A stretch of DNA of 34,750 nt from Octopus bimaculoides (lineage: Eukaryota), in the NCBI RefSeq assembly GCF_001194135.2, contig NC_068985.1:83775121-83809870 (forward strand). The letters run 5' to 3'. Of the stretch, positions 32,106 through 34,750 are shown piece after piece. The notes below the pieces were generated by a model. It ran no database searches, was not told the origin of the DNA, and was given only the letters and a program-made list of their open reading frames with translations. How positions within the stretch are numbered: the stretch's first letter is position 1; each line of letters opens with the position of its first letter. A program made the translations under genes and the position numbers.

Positions 32106-33588
32106 ATTGTTAGTTAAGTGCAGCAAGTGATTTTTTTGAAATGCAGAAAAATATGCAAATGTAATTACTCATATGGAAGTTGCAAGCTACATAATAATGT
32201 ATGTTAGATTGGACATATATTAACTTGCTTGTTGGAGATGCCTCACTACATTTTTACAACAGTGAGTAAGATTTACACATTTGGGGAAAAATCACAATTG
32301 TAAAACTCATATATTTCCCAAGAGTAAATGAAATAACCACTGCCAGGAATCAAATTAAGAGTCAGACTTTGTTTGCTAGAAGCTTATTTAAATTATGTTT
32401 TTATTTCCAAGATAACCAGCTCCTAAAATTTTATTAATTATGTTTTTAATTTGCATGCACACTCCAGAAAAAGAATAAGAAATTATGAAAATAAGGAATT
32501 AATATCTAAGTGTATATTTATTGTATATTATTATATGTCTTTGGCCTTGTGTTCTCAGTCTTAGCCTCTCACCTAGATGGAGTTACACAAACCATAACTC
32601 TGATTGGTAACATTGACAACCAATCCGAATTGCACAAATGAAAAGAGATGGCTCATAACCATTTTTTTGTGACAGAAATTGCTACTGGCTTCAGTTGGTG
32701 TTTTGCTTTTGGTTACTTCCTATTGGAAATAAAGTCCCTTATTCAATGCAGTCACAGATTGGCCCCTTAGGCCTATTCTAGTATCTCAATTGTCTTAGCA
32801 ATTAACTCAATACATTGAAAGACCTTTTATAACAGCTATATATTCAATATTCCCAGTTGGTTCCCTAAATAGTTCAATATTCCCAGCTCAAGTGTTGTTC
32901 AGATATTTATCTCTGTACATCTTAACACTTTTACAATTGCTAAGTTCTGTCTTAGTTCAATGCTTCCAGCTCCAGTGATGTCTTGACTCATTATAACACC
33001 TCCACAGCAGCTAAAAGCTACCTTGTTCATTGTGTTCAAAGTAAGCTATTAGTTAAATATTTTACAGCCTCTTATCATCAATGTTATCATCTTATCCTTA
33101 TTCTTTCACCACTGAGACAATTTCTATAGTAATTAATTGTTGTCCAAACTAAGATTCAGATTTTATTGTCTTTTATTTATCTATTTACTCTTTGTTTTCG
33201 ATTTATAATTTGTTGCATCACACTGGAGTTGACATATACGTAGATGCACATTTATTCACTGTTGTGCATATATATATACATACATACATACATATATATA
33301 TATATATATNNNNNNNNNNNNNNNNNNNNNNNNNNNNNNNNNNNNNNNNNNNNNNNNNNNNNNNNNNNNNNNNNNNNNNNNNNNNNNNNNNNNNNNNNNN
33401 NNNNNNNNNAATGGAGCTCATAGAGCTCTAAAATGTGGGAATGAAGGCCCCTATTGGGGATGAGTGTGTTAATGTCAACCAGAGAAGTTGATTTGTTGGT
33501 AATGTTTTTAACTTGGGTCTTATAGTATACCTGTATACATGTGAGAGTATAGCTTCACTTTAATAGTTTCAGTATGAAATTGAAAGTA

Positions 33589-33754
33589 TTAAAGTGAAAG
33601 TACTTGAAATTACTGTAGTGACATGTTATTGTTTCACTTTTGACGTGTAATACTGAAATAGTGGAATAGTTTCAGTGTTAAAGTGAAAGTATCTGACATT
33701 ACATTAGAGTGATGTTATTGTTTCACTTTTGACACGTAATACTGAAATAGTGGA
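33589..33754 (+). repeat. 89-bp tandem duplication
   Basis: TTAAAGTGAAAGTA at 33589 and 33678; TGTTATTGTTTCACTTTTGAC at 33624 and 33713. Confidence 0.85.
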
Positions 33755-34069
33755 GGAGATATGATATTGCTGTGGGCTTGAAATAACGTGTGACATTTGG
33801 AGTAAAGGGAAATGAAAGTATCGCCTCTGGAGTTTGCAAATGACCACTAAACCGATAGGTAACTGGACAGAAAAAATTTACAATCAATAAATGTCTTAGA
33901 ACAACCAGTCACTCATCTGGGAAGGCCTTGAAATCAATGTTACCAACTGGCTGTGATGAATGTATAATACTGTTCACTTCAAATAATATACCCACTCTAT
34001 TGACAGATATACATGTGTACCTTTCTCTTTACTTATGGACCTTTAGATGACTTACCTATATACATATAT

Positions 34070-34200
34070 GATAGGATTCTATACAGTTTCTGCTCACCAG
34101 ATTCAGAGCTATAGTAAAAGACACTTGCCCAAGATTCCACGCCATAGGGCTGAAGCAAAAAGTCATGTGGCTGCTTTTTAAGCACACAGCCATGCTTGTG
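34070..34200 (-). mobile_element. SINE family A, 5' half, degraded
   Basis: GCTATAGTAAAAGACACTTGCCCAAG..CACACAGCCATGC. Confidence 0.7.
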
Positions 34201-34469
34201 TTTATGTTTAATGAAGTATATTAAAATTTGTTTATGAGTTGATAGTGAAGGACTTTGTCCCCCATATCCTACTGAAACTACACTCAATAACAGTGGAAGA
34301 AAACAAACGAAAGAAATCATTTAAGTTTTATTGATGAGACCGGAGCTTATTTGTCTGTGACAAAAGGAAATATATCAAGTTGTTCCAACAAAAATTGTAA
34401 TTTTTCTCTTGTTATTTTAGTTATGTTTCCAGAAATATATTTGAGGAGTTTAAAAAAAGNNNNNNNNNN

Positions 34470-34520
<51 letters not shown>

Positions 34521-34704
34521 TTTGGTAAAATTCAGGTTGTGTGTTTGTTTGCTTTTTGGCATTCATATGTCAAATTTTAAACTTCTTCAATGAATCTCTT
34601 TCAAAATGATTGTATATGCATGTGTAAGTGTATATAGTGTTACTCAAACACAAATTCATATAAACATATTCAGCAAAGAAATTAACATATTTTTAGATAA
34701 GCAG

Positions 34705-34750
<46 letters not shown>

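Noticed and set aside
1-34750. CRISPR array, operons or other prokaryotic systems
   Set aside because: No regularly spaced repeats with unique spacers and no gene-dense ORFs; composition and repeats are those of an animal genome.

Overview
Gapped (about 2.8 kb of N in 10 gaps), AT-rich, microsatellite-dense eukaryotic non-coding DNA. The repeat families resemble those I recall from octopus/coleoid cephalopod genomes (inference, not a database result). I cannot support any host protein-coding gene: the long ORFs in the track are N-gap or microsatellite artefacts, and the only recognisable peptides are retroelement fragments. The window is a retroposon mosaic: about 15 copies or fragments of a tRNA-headed SINE with an internal microsatellite, about 6 copies of a second SINE, RTE LINE 3' ends, a CR1/L2-like 3' end, an R4/Dong-like RLE fragment beside a TAA tract, and a mariner-type MITE. 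The most interesting structures are two unrelated Penelope-like inverted-repeat insertions carrying hammerhead-ribozyme motifs. The first (8160-8435) is a foldback palindrome. The second (22792-23479) has a perfect 15-bp TSD, a GIY-YIG C-terminus and an embedded tRNA-like Pol III promoter. Hammerheads in Penelope-like elements are an established phenomenon; whether these particular families are described needs a database check.
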